Source: an uncultured Nitrospiraceae bacterium | GTDB lineage: Bacteria; Nitrospirota; Thermodesulfovibrionia; Thermodesulfovibrionales; Dissulfurispiraceae | Direction: 5' to 3' | Length of the DNA: 64,000 nucleotides | Assembly (NCBI GenBank): GCA_963705105.1 | Contig: CAVPIW010000005.1 | Location: forward strand, 96,001-160,000 | Part shown: positions 1 through 8,069 of the stretch, piece by piece | Layout: each line of letters begins with the position of its first letter | Numbering within the stretch: position 1 is the stretch's first letter | Notes under the pieces: generated by a model | Seen by the model: the letters and a program-made list of their open reading frames with translations, nothing else | The model's database searches: none | What the model was told of the DNA's origin: nothing | Translations under genes and position numbers: made by a program

Positions 1-283
1 TATACTTCCATCGTCAACTTCATCAAGCTGCAGTTGTTGAGCTGGTGATGCATACCCCCCTTTTATTTTTTCGCAACAGACAGGCGTATATATAGCTATA
101 TATACGGGGTATTTTGTCCCCCCTGGGGGGCAATAGGGGGGGATAATAATATCAATGCCTTTTGTTATGAAAGTATCGGCAGGCAAAATAGTTAAAATTT
201 GCGAAGGTCAAGTCCAATGGTAGGGGGTGGCGGGGGTGGTAATCTCATGGTAATCACGGTAACGTTCTTCTGCTAAAGGGATC

Positions 284-589
284 ATGAAAACGACTCTTGA
301 ATCGGAAGATATCCAGGCGATAGCGGCGGCTGTGATGGAAATGCTATCCCCCATACTTTCCGCTAATGGCAAGCAGGCCCAAAAGGATACCATCTTAACG
401 CCTGAAACTCTCGCAGAATACTTACAGGTCGATACCTCATGGGTCTATAAGCAGGTGTCGTTGAAGACAATCCCCTATTTCAAGAGCGGGAAGTATACCA
501 GATTCAGGAAAACCGCCGTAGACAAATGGATTGAGACACAGACTGTGAAGCCGATCCCCTTCTCAAAGACGGAAACACGCACAGGGTGA
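284..589 (+). CDS. Excisionase/AlpA-like helix-turn-helix protein (HTH_17-type)
   Basis: Segment 'ILTPETLAEYLQVDTSWVYKQV...IPYFKSGKYTRFRKTAVDKWI' is typical of excisionase-like HTH proteins; lies next to an integrase. Confidence 0.8.
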   Translation: MKTTLESEDIQAIAAAVMEMLSPILSANGKQAQKDTILTPETLAEYLQVDTSWVYKQVSLKTIPYFKSGKYTRFRKTAVDKWIETQTVKPIPFSKTETRTG

Positions 590-672
590 GCACTTGATAG
601 CACATCAAGGGAATAGTCTGCAAACCCATATAAAATCAAGGGAATCAAAAAGCTGTATAGTTAATCGTATAG

Positions 673-702
673 TTGACAATCTCTAACTTAGTTAGATATA
701 AT
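673..702 (+). promoter_or_regulatory. Sigma70 promoter with an operator palindrome in the spacer
   Basis: TTGACA (673-678), 18-bp spacer, TATAAT (697-702); the spacer contains the palindrome TCTAACT-T-AGTTAGA (682-696). Confidence 0.8.
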
Positions 703-708
703 TTAACC

Positions 709-933
709 ATGAAGAACTGGTCGCCTGAAGAGATTAACAACCTCAGAGGGAAATACAAACTCTCCCAACCCGCATTCGGCAATCTCTTAGGCGTATCGGG
801 GAATTATATCTATCTCTTAGAAAAGGGGGTGAAGACACCGAGCAGGACTTTACGGCTGTTACTGAACTGTGTAGAAAGACAGCTCAACGAGAAAGAGAAA
901 GGAGAAAAGAAACATGGCAAAAGGAATCTATAA
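709..933 (+). CDS. XRE-family HTH regulator, probably leaderless
   Basis: 'LRGKYKLSQPAFGNLLGVSGNYIYLLEKGVKTPS' HTH_3 pattern; ATG at 709 is 7 nt after TATAAT; overlaps the integrase start. Confidence 0.8.
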   Translation: MKNWSPEEINNLRGKYKLSQPAFGNLLGVSGNYIYLLEKGVKTPSRTLRLLLNCVERQLNEKEKGEKKHGKRNL

Positions 934-1981
934 GCGTGGCAATGTCTACTGGATTCGTTATGCCGGTCTTGACGGGAAGATGGTCTTTGAATCTTCCGGC
1001 TCTGAGAAATTCAGAGAGGCAGAGGCCCTGCTAATCAAGCGGAAGCAGAATATCAAAGAGGACAAACAGCCTGAGATCAAGAAGATTGCGAATCATACTT
1101 TCTATGAGCTTGCGGCTGAATATATCAAATGGGCGGAAAGACAGAAATGCTTCAACAGCAAGATCCATTTGATCAATCAGCTTGCTCGGGCTTTCGGCAG
1201 TTTTCCGCTCAGGCGATTCAACACAATGATGATTGAGCAATACCAGACAGAGCGGTTACAGAGAAATAAACCAGCGACTGTGAACAGGCTGTTTGCGACC
1301 ATCTCCCACATGTTCACGAAGGCGGTTGAATGGGACATGGTTGAAGAGGAAACCCTGAAACGTATCAGGAAGGTTAAGCTATTGCCGGAGAATAACAAGC
1401 GATTAAGGTATCTGTCGAAAGAACAGTGTCAGGCTTTGGTTGATGCCTGTGATCCTCATTTACGGCCCATCGTCATTACAGCCCTTAATACCGGATGCAG
1501 GAAAGGCGAAATCCTGTCTTTGGAATGGGAAAAACACATCGACTTAAGGCACGGATTTATTACTCTCGACAAGACCAAGAACGGTGACCGCCGCGAAATC
1601 CCCGTCAACGAGACAGTGAGGATCACATTACAGGGGATTACAAGGCGTCTGGACATACCCTTTGTGTTCTTCGATCCGTCCGCCGGGAAACGTTATCAGG
1701 ACGTTAAGAGGAGCTTTAAAACGGCCCTGAGAAGGGCAGGGATTAGGGATTTCAGGTTTCACGACCTGAGACACACCTTTGCAAGTCATTTGGTCATGGC
1801 GGGCGTTGACCTTGCGACAGTGAAGGAACTTCTGGGCCATAAGGACATCAAAATGACCCTCCGGTATGCACATCTTGCACCGGCACACAAGCTGAAGGCC
1901 GTGGAGATTCTGGACAGAACCCTGACTGATAAGCCGACTGTACAAAAACTATACAGTCAGGCAGCAGGGGGAGAGTTTTAA
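914..1981 (+). CDS. Tyrosine recombinase / phage-type integrase
   Basis: Catalytic motifs TGCRKGEI, KTKN, FHDLRHTFASHL, LLGH, YAH; N-terminal arm-binding-like segment; converges on a tRNA 3' end. Confidence 0.95.
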   Translation: MAKGIYKRGNVYWIRYAGLDGKMVFESSGSEKFREAEALLIKRKQNIKEDKQPEIKKIANHTFYELAAEYIKWAERQKCFNSKIHLINQLARAFGSFPLRRFNTMMIEQYQTERLQRNKPATVNRLFATISHMFTKAVEWDMVEEETLKRIRKVKLLPENNKRLRYLSKEQCQALVDACDPHLRPIVITALNTGCRKGEILSLEWEKHIDLRHGFITLDKTKNGDRREIPVNETVRITLQGITRRLDIPFVFFDPSAGKRYQDVKRSFKTALRRAGIRDFRFHDLRHTFASHLVMAGVDLATVKELLGHKDIKMTLRYAHLAPAHKLKAVEILDRTLTDKPTVQKLYSQAAGGEF

Positions 1982-2009
1982 TGGCAGGCAAGTGGTTGGT
2001 TTCTAAAAG

Positions 2010-2082
<73 letters not shown>

Positions 2083-2154
2083 GATAACAAAGTAAAGAAT
2101 ATCATCCGGCGCCTTTAGTTGTCAAGGACAGGGGGTTTTGCTATGATGATACAT

Positions 2155-2565
2155 ATGGGCACCAGAGTGGTCTGCGGGGGGACCTTCGATCACCTTCACC
2201 CCGGTCATGTCGACTTCCTCAAACAGGCGAAGTCCCTCGGCGACGAGCTCATCGTCATCGTCGCCCGTGATGCGACGGTGAAGAGGATAAAAGGGTTCTA
2301 TCCGACCGACGACGAGGATCGGAGAAAGGATAATGTCGAGAAGACGGGCATCCCCGATGCCGTCGTCCTCGGCAATCTCGACAGGGACATATTCCAGATC
2401 CTCGAGGAGCTCCGTCCCGACGTCATCGCCCTCGGCTACGATCAGCGCGTGTCCGAGGAGGAGGTCCGGCGGCGGCTTCCCCAATGCACGATTCATCGTC
2501 TCGCCTCGTTCCGGCCCGAGAAATATAAATCGTCCTTCTACCGCGGCAAGGCGGAGCTGCCGTAA
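2155..2565 (+). CDS. Cytidylyltransferase-family nucleotidyltransferase (RibL-like FAD synthase)
   Basis: GTFDHLHPGH (HxGH) motif, 'RPDVIALGYDQ', C-terminal KSS; start placed at ATG 2155 after TTGTCA-N17-TATGAT. Confidence 0.8.
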   Translation: MGTRVVCGGTFDHLHPGHVDFLKQAKSLGDELIVIVARDATVKRIKGFYPTDDEDRRKDNVEKTGIPDAVVLGNLDRDIFQILEELRPDVIALGYDQRVSEEEVRRRLPQCTIHRLASFRPEKYKSSFYRGKAELP

Positions 2566-2571
2566 AAGCCC

Positions 2572-2606
2572 AAAAAAAAGGCCCCGGAAAGAGGGGCCTT
2601 TTTTTG
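2572..2606. terminator. Bidirectional intrinsic terminator
   Basis: A-tract, GGCCCC/GGGGCC stem, T-tract between convergent genes. Confidence 0.8.
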
Positions 2607-2618
2607 TCAGAGAGCGTC

Positions 2619-2963
2619 TTAGAACTTGATCGGGTTCGCGAAGAGCAGGATCAGGACGACGACGAGGGCATAAATCGCGAGAGACTCGATCATGGCCAGA
2701 CCGATGATCAGGGTCGTCGTGATCTTACCGGATGCTCCGGGGTTCCGTGCGACACCCTCACAGGCCTTGCTCAGACCGATACCCTGTCCAATGCCGGTAC
2801 CGAACGCGCCGAGACCGATAGCGAGACCACAGGCGAGGACGAGCATTGCATAGTATCCAGCCTTGCCGGCTGATGCGCCAGCCTCCTCTGCTGCAAACAC
2901 GAAGGTTGCGCTGAACGCGAGGACGAGGACTGTTAATACGGTCAGTGAAAGCATTTTTCTCAC
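2619..2963 (-). CDS. atpE: ATP synthase F0 subunit c
   Basis: [16 protein letters not shown] loop, 'MIESLAIY' ion-binding Glu; N-terminal signal-like extension. Confidence 0.95.
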   Translation of the reverse strand: MRKMLSLTVLTVLVLAFSATFVFAAEEAGASAGKAGYYAMLVLACGLAIGLGAFGTGIGQGIGLSKACEGVARNPGASGKITTTLIIGLAMIESLAIYALVVVLILLFANPIKF

Positions 2964-2993
2964 TTTTTCTTCCTCCTTTCTATGAAATATGGG

Positions 2994-3671
2994 TTAGTGC
3001 GCCTCCTCGACAGCACCGGCGAGGTATAAACACGACAACAGCACAAAGACGTAAGCCTGAATAACGCTTACGAGCACGCCGAGGCCGAGGATGGCGACCG
3101 GGATAATAGCCGGTGCCAGGATGGCAAGAATGAGAAGGATCATGTGTTTTGCGACCATGTTCCCGAAAAGCCGGACCGAGAGTGTGACAGGTCTCACGCA
3201 GTGACCGATGAGCTCGATGAAGAACATGAGAATCATGAGCGGGATGGCCGCGACCGACCTGATGGGACCGACAAAGTGATAGATATACTTTCCTCCATGG
3301 ACCTTGAAGCCGTAAAACTGGTAGACCAGGAAGACGGGCACTGCCATGGATGCGGTCATGTTGATGTTGCTCGTCGGCGAGTCGAATCCCGGAATGAGGC
3401 CGAAGAAGTTACAGAGACCGATATAGAGGCCCAGCGTGCCGAGAAGCGGGTAGAACGTTTCCCCCCAATGATGACCTATATTTGATTCGGAGAGGGTCAG
3501 GAAGAACTCGGCGATGGCCTCCATGACATTCTGGAGCCCCTTGGGGATGAGGGCAAGCTTGCTCTTGACGGCGAGGGCGACGCCCGTCAATATGCCCATC
3601 GCCAGCCAGGAATAGGAGACATAGGGCGGGACACTCGGTATCAATGTACCCAGGAGAGACGGTGATTCCAC
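2994..3671 (-). CDS. atpB: ATP synthase F0 subunit a
   Basis: 'RPVTLSVRLFGNM' and 'IQAYVFVLL' motifs. Confidence 0.95.
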   Translation of the reverse strand: MESPSLLGTLIPSVPPYVSYSWLAMGILTGVALAVKSKLALIPKGLQNVMEAIAEFFLTLSESNIGHHWGETFYPLLGTLGLYIGLCNFFGLIPGFDSPTSNINMTASMAVPVFLVYQFYGFKVHGGKYIYHFVGPIRSVAAIPLMILMFFIELIGHCVRPVTLSVRLFGNMVAKHMILLILAILAPAIIPVAILGLGVLVSVIQAYVFVLLSCLYLAGAVEEAH

Positions 3672-3744
3672 GGCAATCCTCCTTTATAAAATAGAGACGT
3701 ATAAATCGGGTAAGGATGCAGCCCTGTCCGTTTTGGACACCAGT

Positions 3745-3773
3745 ATCTTAATGAAAATGACTCCAAATGTCAA
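3745..3773 (-). promoter_or_regulatory. Sigma70 promoter for atpB-atpE
   Basis: Minus strand TTGACA-N17-TAAGAT. Confidence 0.65.
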
Positions 3774-3824
3774 GGCGACGGGCTACTAAATTTTTTTATC
3801 GGTTCATAAGATAAAACTTATTAT

Positions 3825-3959
3825 TGACGATCTTGTAAAAAGTCGTCATACCCGCGAAGGCGGGTATCCGGAGTATAAATAACTACCTGAACGGACTGGA
3901 TTCCCGTCTGCACGGGAATGACGGATAAGCCCTTTACGGGACTTTTTACGAGGTTGTCA
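3825..3959. mobile_element. MITE with ~20-bp imperfect terminal inverted repeats enclosing a REP-like doublet
   Basis: Left end TGACGATCTTGTAAAAAGTC, right end GACTTTTTACGAGGTTGTCA; flanked on both sides by TTAT (candidate target duplication). Confidence 0.7.
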
Positions 3960-4000
3960 TTATTAACCCGGCAATTAAACAGATTAACTCCACTATGCTT

Positions 4001-4086
4001 TGTCATTCCGGCTCGTCCGGAATCTTTCCATATTTCAGAAGGATTGCCGACGCCCCCGCATCAAGTGCGGGGTTGCGGCAATGACA
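4001..4086. repeat. REP-like doublet (TGTCATT...AATGACA) with nested CCCCGCATCAAGTGCGGGG hairpin
   Basis: Related copies at 30775-30857, 32391-32477 and 35560-35649. Confidence 0.75.
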
Positions 4087-4127
4087 GCGGTACAGATATC
4101 CAGCTGCCGAGGTAATTACTTTAACCC

Positions 4128-5396
4128 TCAGCGCAGCGCCTTATCCGAGATGTCCTTACGGTAATGCATACCGTCGAAATGGATCTTTGCGATGGCCTCA
4201 TAGGCCTTCGCCTTGGCCGCCCTTGTGTCCGCGCCGAGAGCAGTGACGCCGAGGACCCTGCCCCCGTTCGTCACGATTGCATCGTCCCTGAATGATGTGC
4301 CTGCATGGAAGACAACGACATCCTTCATCGCTTTGACCTCATCGAGCCCGCTGATGACCTTGCCCTTTTCATAGGCGCCCGGATAGCCCTGGGATGCGAT
4401 CACGACGCAGACGGAGACGTCGTCATTCCATTCTATGCGCACGTCGGAAAGTTTTTCTTCGGCAATGGCCATGGCGATCTCGAGGAAATCCGATTTGAGT
4501 CTCGTCAGCACGGGCTGCGTCTCCGGGTCTCCGAGCCTGCAATTGAATTCGAGCACGTAGGGTTCACCCTTGTTGATCATGAGCCCGGCGTAGAGGATGC
4601 CCTTGTATTTGATGCCGTCCGCTTTCAACCCGTCCATGGTGGGTTTCAGGACCCGGGACATCACCTTTGCCGTGACCTCGTCGGTGAGAACCGGCGCGGG
4701 GCTGTATGCGCCCATGCCGCCCGTGTTCGGGCCTTCGTCATTGTCGAAGACGCGCTTGTGGTCCTGGGAGCTGACCATGGGAACAATCGTCTGTCCGTCG
4801 ACGAAAACCATGAATGACGCCTCCTCACCCTGGAGACACTCCTCGACGACGACCCTGTTGCCCGCATCGCCGAAGACCCGGTCTTTGATGATGAGCTTCA
4901 GTGCGTTGAGGGCCTCGTCGACGGTGGCGGCGACGAAGACCCCTTTCCCCGCCGCGAGACCTTCGGCCTTGACGACTATCGGCGCGCCCTTCATCCGTAT
5001 GTAGTCCTCCGCCTGGTTATAGGAGGAAAAAACTTTGTATTCCGCCGTCGGGATGCGGTGGCGCCTCAGAAAGTCTTTTGAAAAAACCTTGCTCGATTCG
5101 AGCTGGGCCGCTGCCCTCGTGGGTCCGACGATCTTCCTCCCCTCCCTCTCGAAGACGTCGACGATACCCCTTGAGAGCGGGTCCTCAGGACCGACGATAG
5201 TGAGATCGACCCACTCATATTTCACGAAATCAACAAGCGCGTCAAAATCGTCGGGGACGACCTCGATGCATTCAGCCAGATCGGCGATGCCGGCATTGCC
5301 CGGTGTGCAGTATATCTTGTCGACATATTTCGACTGTGACAGCTTCCAGACGATTGCGTGTTCCCTTCCCCCGCCTCCGATCACGAGCACTTTCAT
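4128..5396 (-). CDS. purD: Phosphoribosylamine-glycine ligase
   Basis: MKVLVIGGGGREHA start, GPNTGGMGAYSP, EFNCRLGDPETQ, TNGGRVL. Confidence 0.97.
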   Translation of the reverse strand: MKVLVIGGGGREHAIVWKLSQSKYVDKIYCTPGNAGIADLAECIEVVPDDFDALVDFVKYEWVDLTIVGPEDPLSRGIVDVFEREGRKIVGPTRAAAQLESSKVFSKDFLRRHRIPTAEYKVFSSYNQAEDYIRMKGAPIVVKAEGLAAGKGVFVAATVDEALNALKLIIKDRVFGDAGNRVVVEECLQGEEASFMVFVDGQTIVPMVSSQDHKRVFDNDEGPNTGGMGAYSPAPVLTDEVTAKVMSRVLKPTMDGLKADGIKYKGILYAGLMINKGEPYVLEFNCRLGDPETQPVLTRLKSDFLEIAMAIAEEKLSDVRIEWNDDVSVCVVIASQGYPGAYEKGKVISGLDEVKAMKDVVVFHAGTSFRDDAIVTNGGRVLGVTALGADTRAAKAKAYEAIAKIHFDGMHYRKDISDKALR

Positions 5397-6289
5397 GGTC
5401 CCTTCTCCTCTGTTCTTTTTACGAGCCAATACACGATTCCCAGCGCAAGAATGCCGGCAATGAGATAATAAATGACCTCGGGTTTTTCATGCTTCAGCAT
5501 GGCGATCATGGCCTCCCGGATCGTCGATACGAGGGCGACGCCGATGAAGACACTGATGAAAAACTTCCCTCCCTTGAGGTGCCTGATCTCGGTGTTCATG
5601 AGCTCTATGACGACCCAGAGCATGAGCAGCGAACCAAGAGAGGTGATGATGCCATATTCCATGCCGCCCGTGAAGAGCTTGTAGGAATCGAAAACGAAGA
5701 GCCCGACAACTCCCAGGGTCAGGCCGATGAGGCAGAGCACAAGGACGACGTTCATCATCTTCGAAAATATCTCGGCGAAATTGATAACGGCGTACTTCAC
5801 GCGGTAGGCGGGAGAGTAGCTCTTGAGCTCCTCTTCAATATACGAGGACATCATGATGTCGAGGTTGATGTCAAGGATCTTTCCCAGCGAAATGAGGCTC
5901 CGCGTCCGCTCCTCGGCGTCTTCGATATGGGTATTTACGATGTCGATGCAGACATTCCTGATAATGTTCATCGCCCTTGTCATGAAGTGGGAGTCGACGG
6001 CGACCCGCCTGTGGGCCTGACCGATCCTGATTATCCGCTCATGGTACAGGCTGGTGTAACTGCCGGAGAAGAGGTCCTGAAACCAGTTCTTCTGGAGGTT
6101 CAGGATATGGTTTCTCTTCGTCTCCTCGGGAAAGAACTGCGCCGCCTCGGGCGTCTGGATGATCCATCCGTGCAGGGCGTCGATCACCCTGTCGGTATGG
6201 TCCAGCAAGAGCTGTCCGAGCGAGACAAGGCGCTCCTCGTCGTCGGCCGTAAAACGGTAGTGTGCCTTGATTTCCTTGAATGATCTCAT
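5393..6289 (-). CDS. Protoglobin/sensor-globin domain fused to a PsiE-like membrane domain
   Basis: N-half 'QKNWFQDLFSG...RIGQAHRRVAV...KILDINLDIM' globin-coupled-sensor fold with proximal His; C-half has four hydrophobic helices of PsiE type. Confidence 0.7.
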   Translation of the reverse strand: MRSFKEIKAHYRFTADDEERLVSLGQLLLDHTDRVIDALHGWIIQTPEAAQFFPEETKRNHILNLQKNWFQDLFSGSYTSLYHERIIRIGQAHRRVAVDSHFMTRAMNIIRNVCIDIVNTHIEDAEERTRSLISLGKILDINLDIMMSSYIEEELKSYSPAYRVKYAVINFAEIFSKMMNVVLVLCLIGLTLGVVGLFVFDSYKLFTGGMEYGIITSLGSLLMLWVVIELMNTEIRHLKGGKFFISVFIGVALVSTIREAMIAMLKHEKPEVIYYLIAGILALGIVYWLVKRTEEKGP

Positions 6290-6322
6290 GGGGGACGAAG
6301 CGGCCGGTCAGACGGCCGGGTA

Positions 6323-6917
6323 TCAGCCCTCGACGATCTTCGTCAGGTATTCCGCAATGCGCGTATCATAGCGCGACGTGTGGCGGAAGACCTTCAGGGC
6401 CAGGCGGAGCTTCGTGTCCCTGCCGATGGCCCCTCCCGAGGCCTTCATCTCGGCGATGACGGCGCCGTAATCCGCCGGGTCGACGACAACGGCGACGTCC
6501 TGGTAGTTCTTGGCCGCCGCCCGGATCATCGTCGGTCCGCCGATGTCGATGTTTTCGATGGCGTCCTCGAGAGTGACGCCCGGCTTGGCCACCGTCTCCT
6601 CGAAGGGATAGAGATTGACGACCACCATGTCGATCGGCTCGATGCCGTGCTTCTTTACATCCTCATTGTCCTTTTGCGACGCCCCTGCGGAAAAGGATGC
6701 CGCCGTGGATCTTCGGATGGAGGGTTTTCACCCTGCCGTCGAGCATCTCCGGGAACCCCGTGTGGTCCGCCACCTCGCGCACCGGGATGCCTGCATCGCG
6801 AAGGGATTTCGCCGTCCCCCCCGTTGAGAGGATCTCCACGCCGAGCCCGGCCAGTTCCCTGGCGAAATCGACGACACCCGACTTATTCGAAACGCTGATG
6901 ACCGCTCTGCGCACCAT
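6323..6917 (-). pseudogene. purH: Stand-alone IMP cyclohydrolase (PurH N-terminal MGS domain), frameshifted
   Basis: [19 protein letters not shown] in 6663-6917 and [23 protein letters not shown] in 6323-6628; removing one A from GCAAAAGG (~6672-6675) joins the frames; may be a sequencing error. Confidence 0.8.
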
Positions 6918-6977
6918 TCACTCTCCTCCTTCGCTGACCTGTCCCGGGAATCCACTCTCTGAGGGACATCCCCGGTC

Positions 6978-7142
6978 TTACGACTTCTTCGATGTGACGG
7001 CGAAAAAGCCCGTGTAGACAGGCTTGACCCTCGTGCTCTTGCACTTCCCGCACTTGATCTTCTTCGTCTCCTTCTCCTTGACACTCATCACGAGGGAAAA
7101 GGTCTCTCCACACTTGTCACACTTGTAATCATAGATCGGCAT
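6978..7142 (-). CDS. FmdB-family zinc-ribbon protein (54 aa, absent from the ORF track)
   Basis: MPIYDYKCDKCGETF...KCGKCKS; strong SD AGGAGGAGG upstream. Confidence 0.85.
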   Translation of the reverse strand: MPIYDYKCDKCGETFSLVMSVKEKETKKIKCGKCKSTRVKPVYTGFFAVTSKKS

Positions 7143-7166
7143 GGCCTCCTCCTTTCGGTCGTGTAT

Positions 7167-7362
7167 ACCCTATCGTTGAATCCGTCCTCCGGGAAGGCGG
7201 GGTGTATGCGCCGAAAACCTTGATGCGGCGATACGGTAACCGTCACGGAAAACGACGTCAATCCGCATGGATACAAAAAAAGGACTTTTCCCGACACTCA
7301 CACTGTCACTGAGACTATTTTTCAGAATGCGTCGCCCCGCCCTTTCATGCAACTGCAAGGTT
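7167..7362 (+). repeat. ~200-bp palindromic repeat family, subtype A
   Basis: GGGAAGGCGGGG...GCCGAAAA...GACACTCACACTGTCACTGA...CGCCCCGCCCTTTCATGCAACTGCAAGGTT. Confidence 0.85.
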
Positions 7363-7386
7363 TACCAGCTGACACGTTCAATTGTA

Positions 7387-8064
7387 TCACAGGACGCCCC
7401 TCTCTTTGAGACTCACGTACCTGCCCTCGCCGACGATCACGTGGTCGAGGACGGCGATACCGACGATATCTCCCGCCGACTTCAGCCTCTCCGTCGCTGC
7501 GATATCGTCGCGGCTCGGCTCCGGGTCTCCGCTCGGGTGATTGTGCACGAAGATGACGGCCGCCGCCGATTCCCGGATCGCCGCCGTGAAGGCCTCCCTG
7601 GGGTGCATGAGCGAATTACTGAGAGTGCCCTCGGAGACACGGGACTCCCTTATGAGACGGTTCTTCACGTCGAGCAGCAGCGCGTAGAGAGACTCCTTCC
7701 TCACGTTCTTGAACCGCGATGCGAAGTAGTCATACACATCCCTGCCCGATGAAAAGACGGGACCCGTCCGCGCCGGTCCGGCCATGAGACGTCTGCCGAG
7801 TTCAAGTGCCGCCTTGACCTGGGCCGCCTTCGCCGTTCCGACGCCTTTCTCCTTCTTCAGCTCGCCGAACGTCGCCACGTCGAGGTTGTCCAGGCCTTTC
7901 TCCAGCAGGTGGAGTGCGAGGGCCATCACGTCCCTGCCTCCTCCGCCGGTCCTGAGGAGGATCGCAAGGAGTTGGGCGTCGGAGAGGTTCGCAGCGCCGT
8001 ACCGCTCCAGCCGCTCCCTCGGCCTTTCATCCGCCGGCCAGTCCCTGACCTTCCTGCCGGGCAT
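7387..8064 (-). CDS. radC: RadC-family JAB domain protein
   Basis: ERPRERL, LLRTG, HPRE, HNHPSGDPEPSRDD, LDHVIVG. Confidence 0.95.
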   Translation of the reverse strand: MPGRKVRDWPADERPRERLERYGAANLSDAQLLAILLRTGGGGRDVMALALHLLEKGLDNLDVATFGELKKEKGVGTAKAAQVKAALELGRRLMAGPARTGPVFSSGRDVYDYFASRFKNVRKESLYALLLDVKNRLIRESRVSEGTLSNSLMHPREAFTAAIRESAAAVIFVHNHPSGDPEPSRDDIAATERLKSAGDIVGIAVLDHVIVGEGRYVSLKERGVL

Positions 8065-8069
8065 ACCCC

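Larger units (their letters stand above)
1..2009. mobile_element. Right end of an integrative element/prophage inserted at tRNA-Ala (continues left of the window)
   Basis: Xis-like + HTH + integrase module abutting the tRNA 3' end; visibly AT-richer than the flanking host DNA. Confidence 0.75.

Noticed and set aside
1..53. Possible minus-strand gene start (ATG at 53 with a G-rich SD)
   Set aside because: Only 17 codons lie in the window; no product can be supported
2619..3671. atpB-atpE separated from the other atp genes
   Set aside because: Split F0/F1 operons are common in several anaerobic lineages; not unusual
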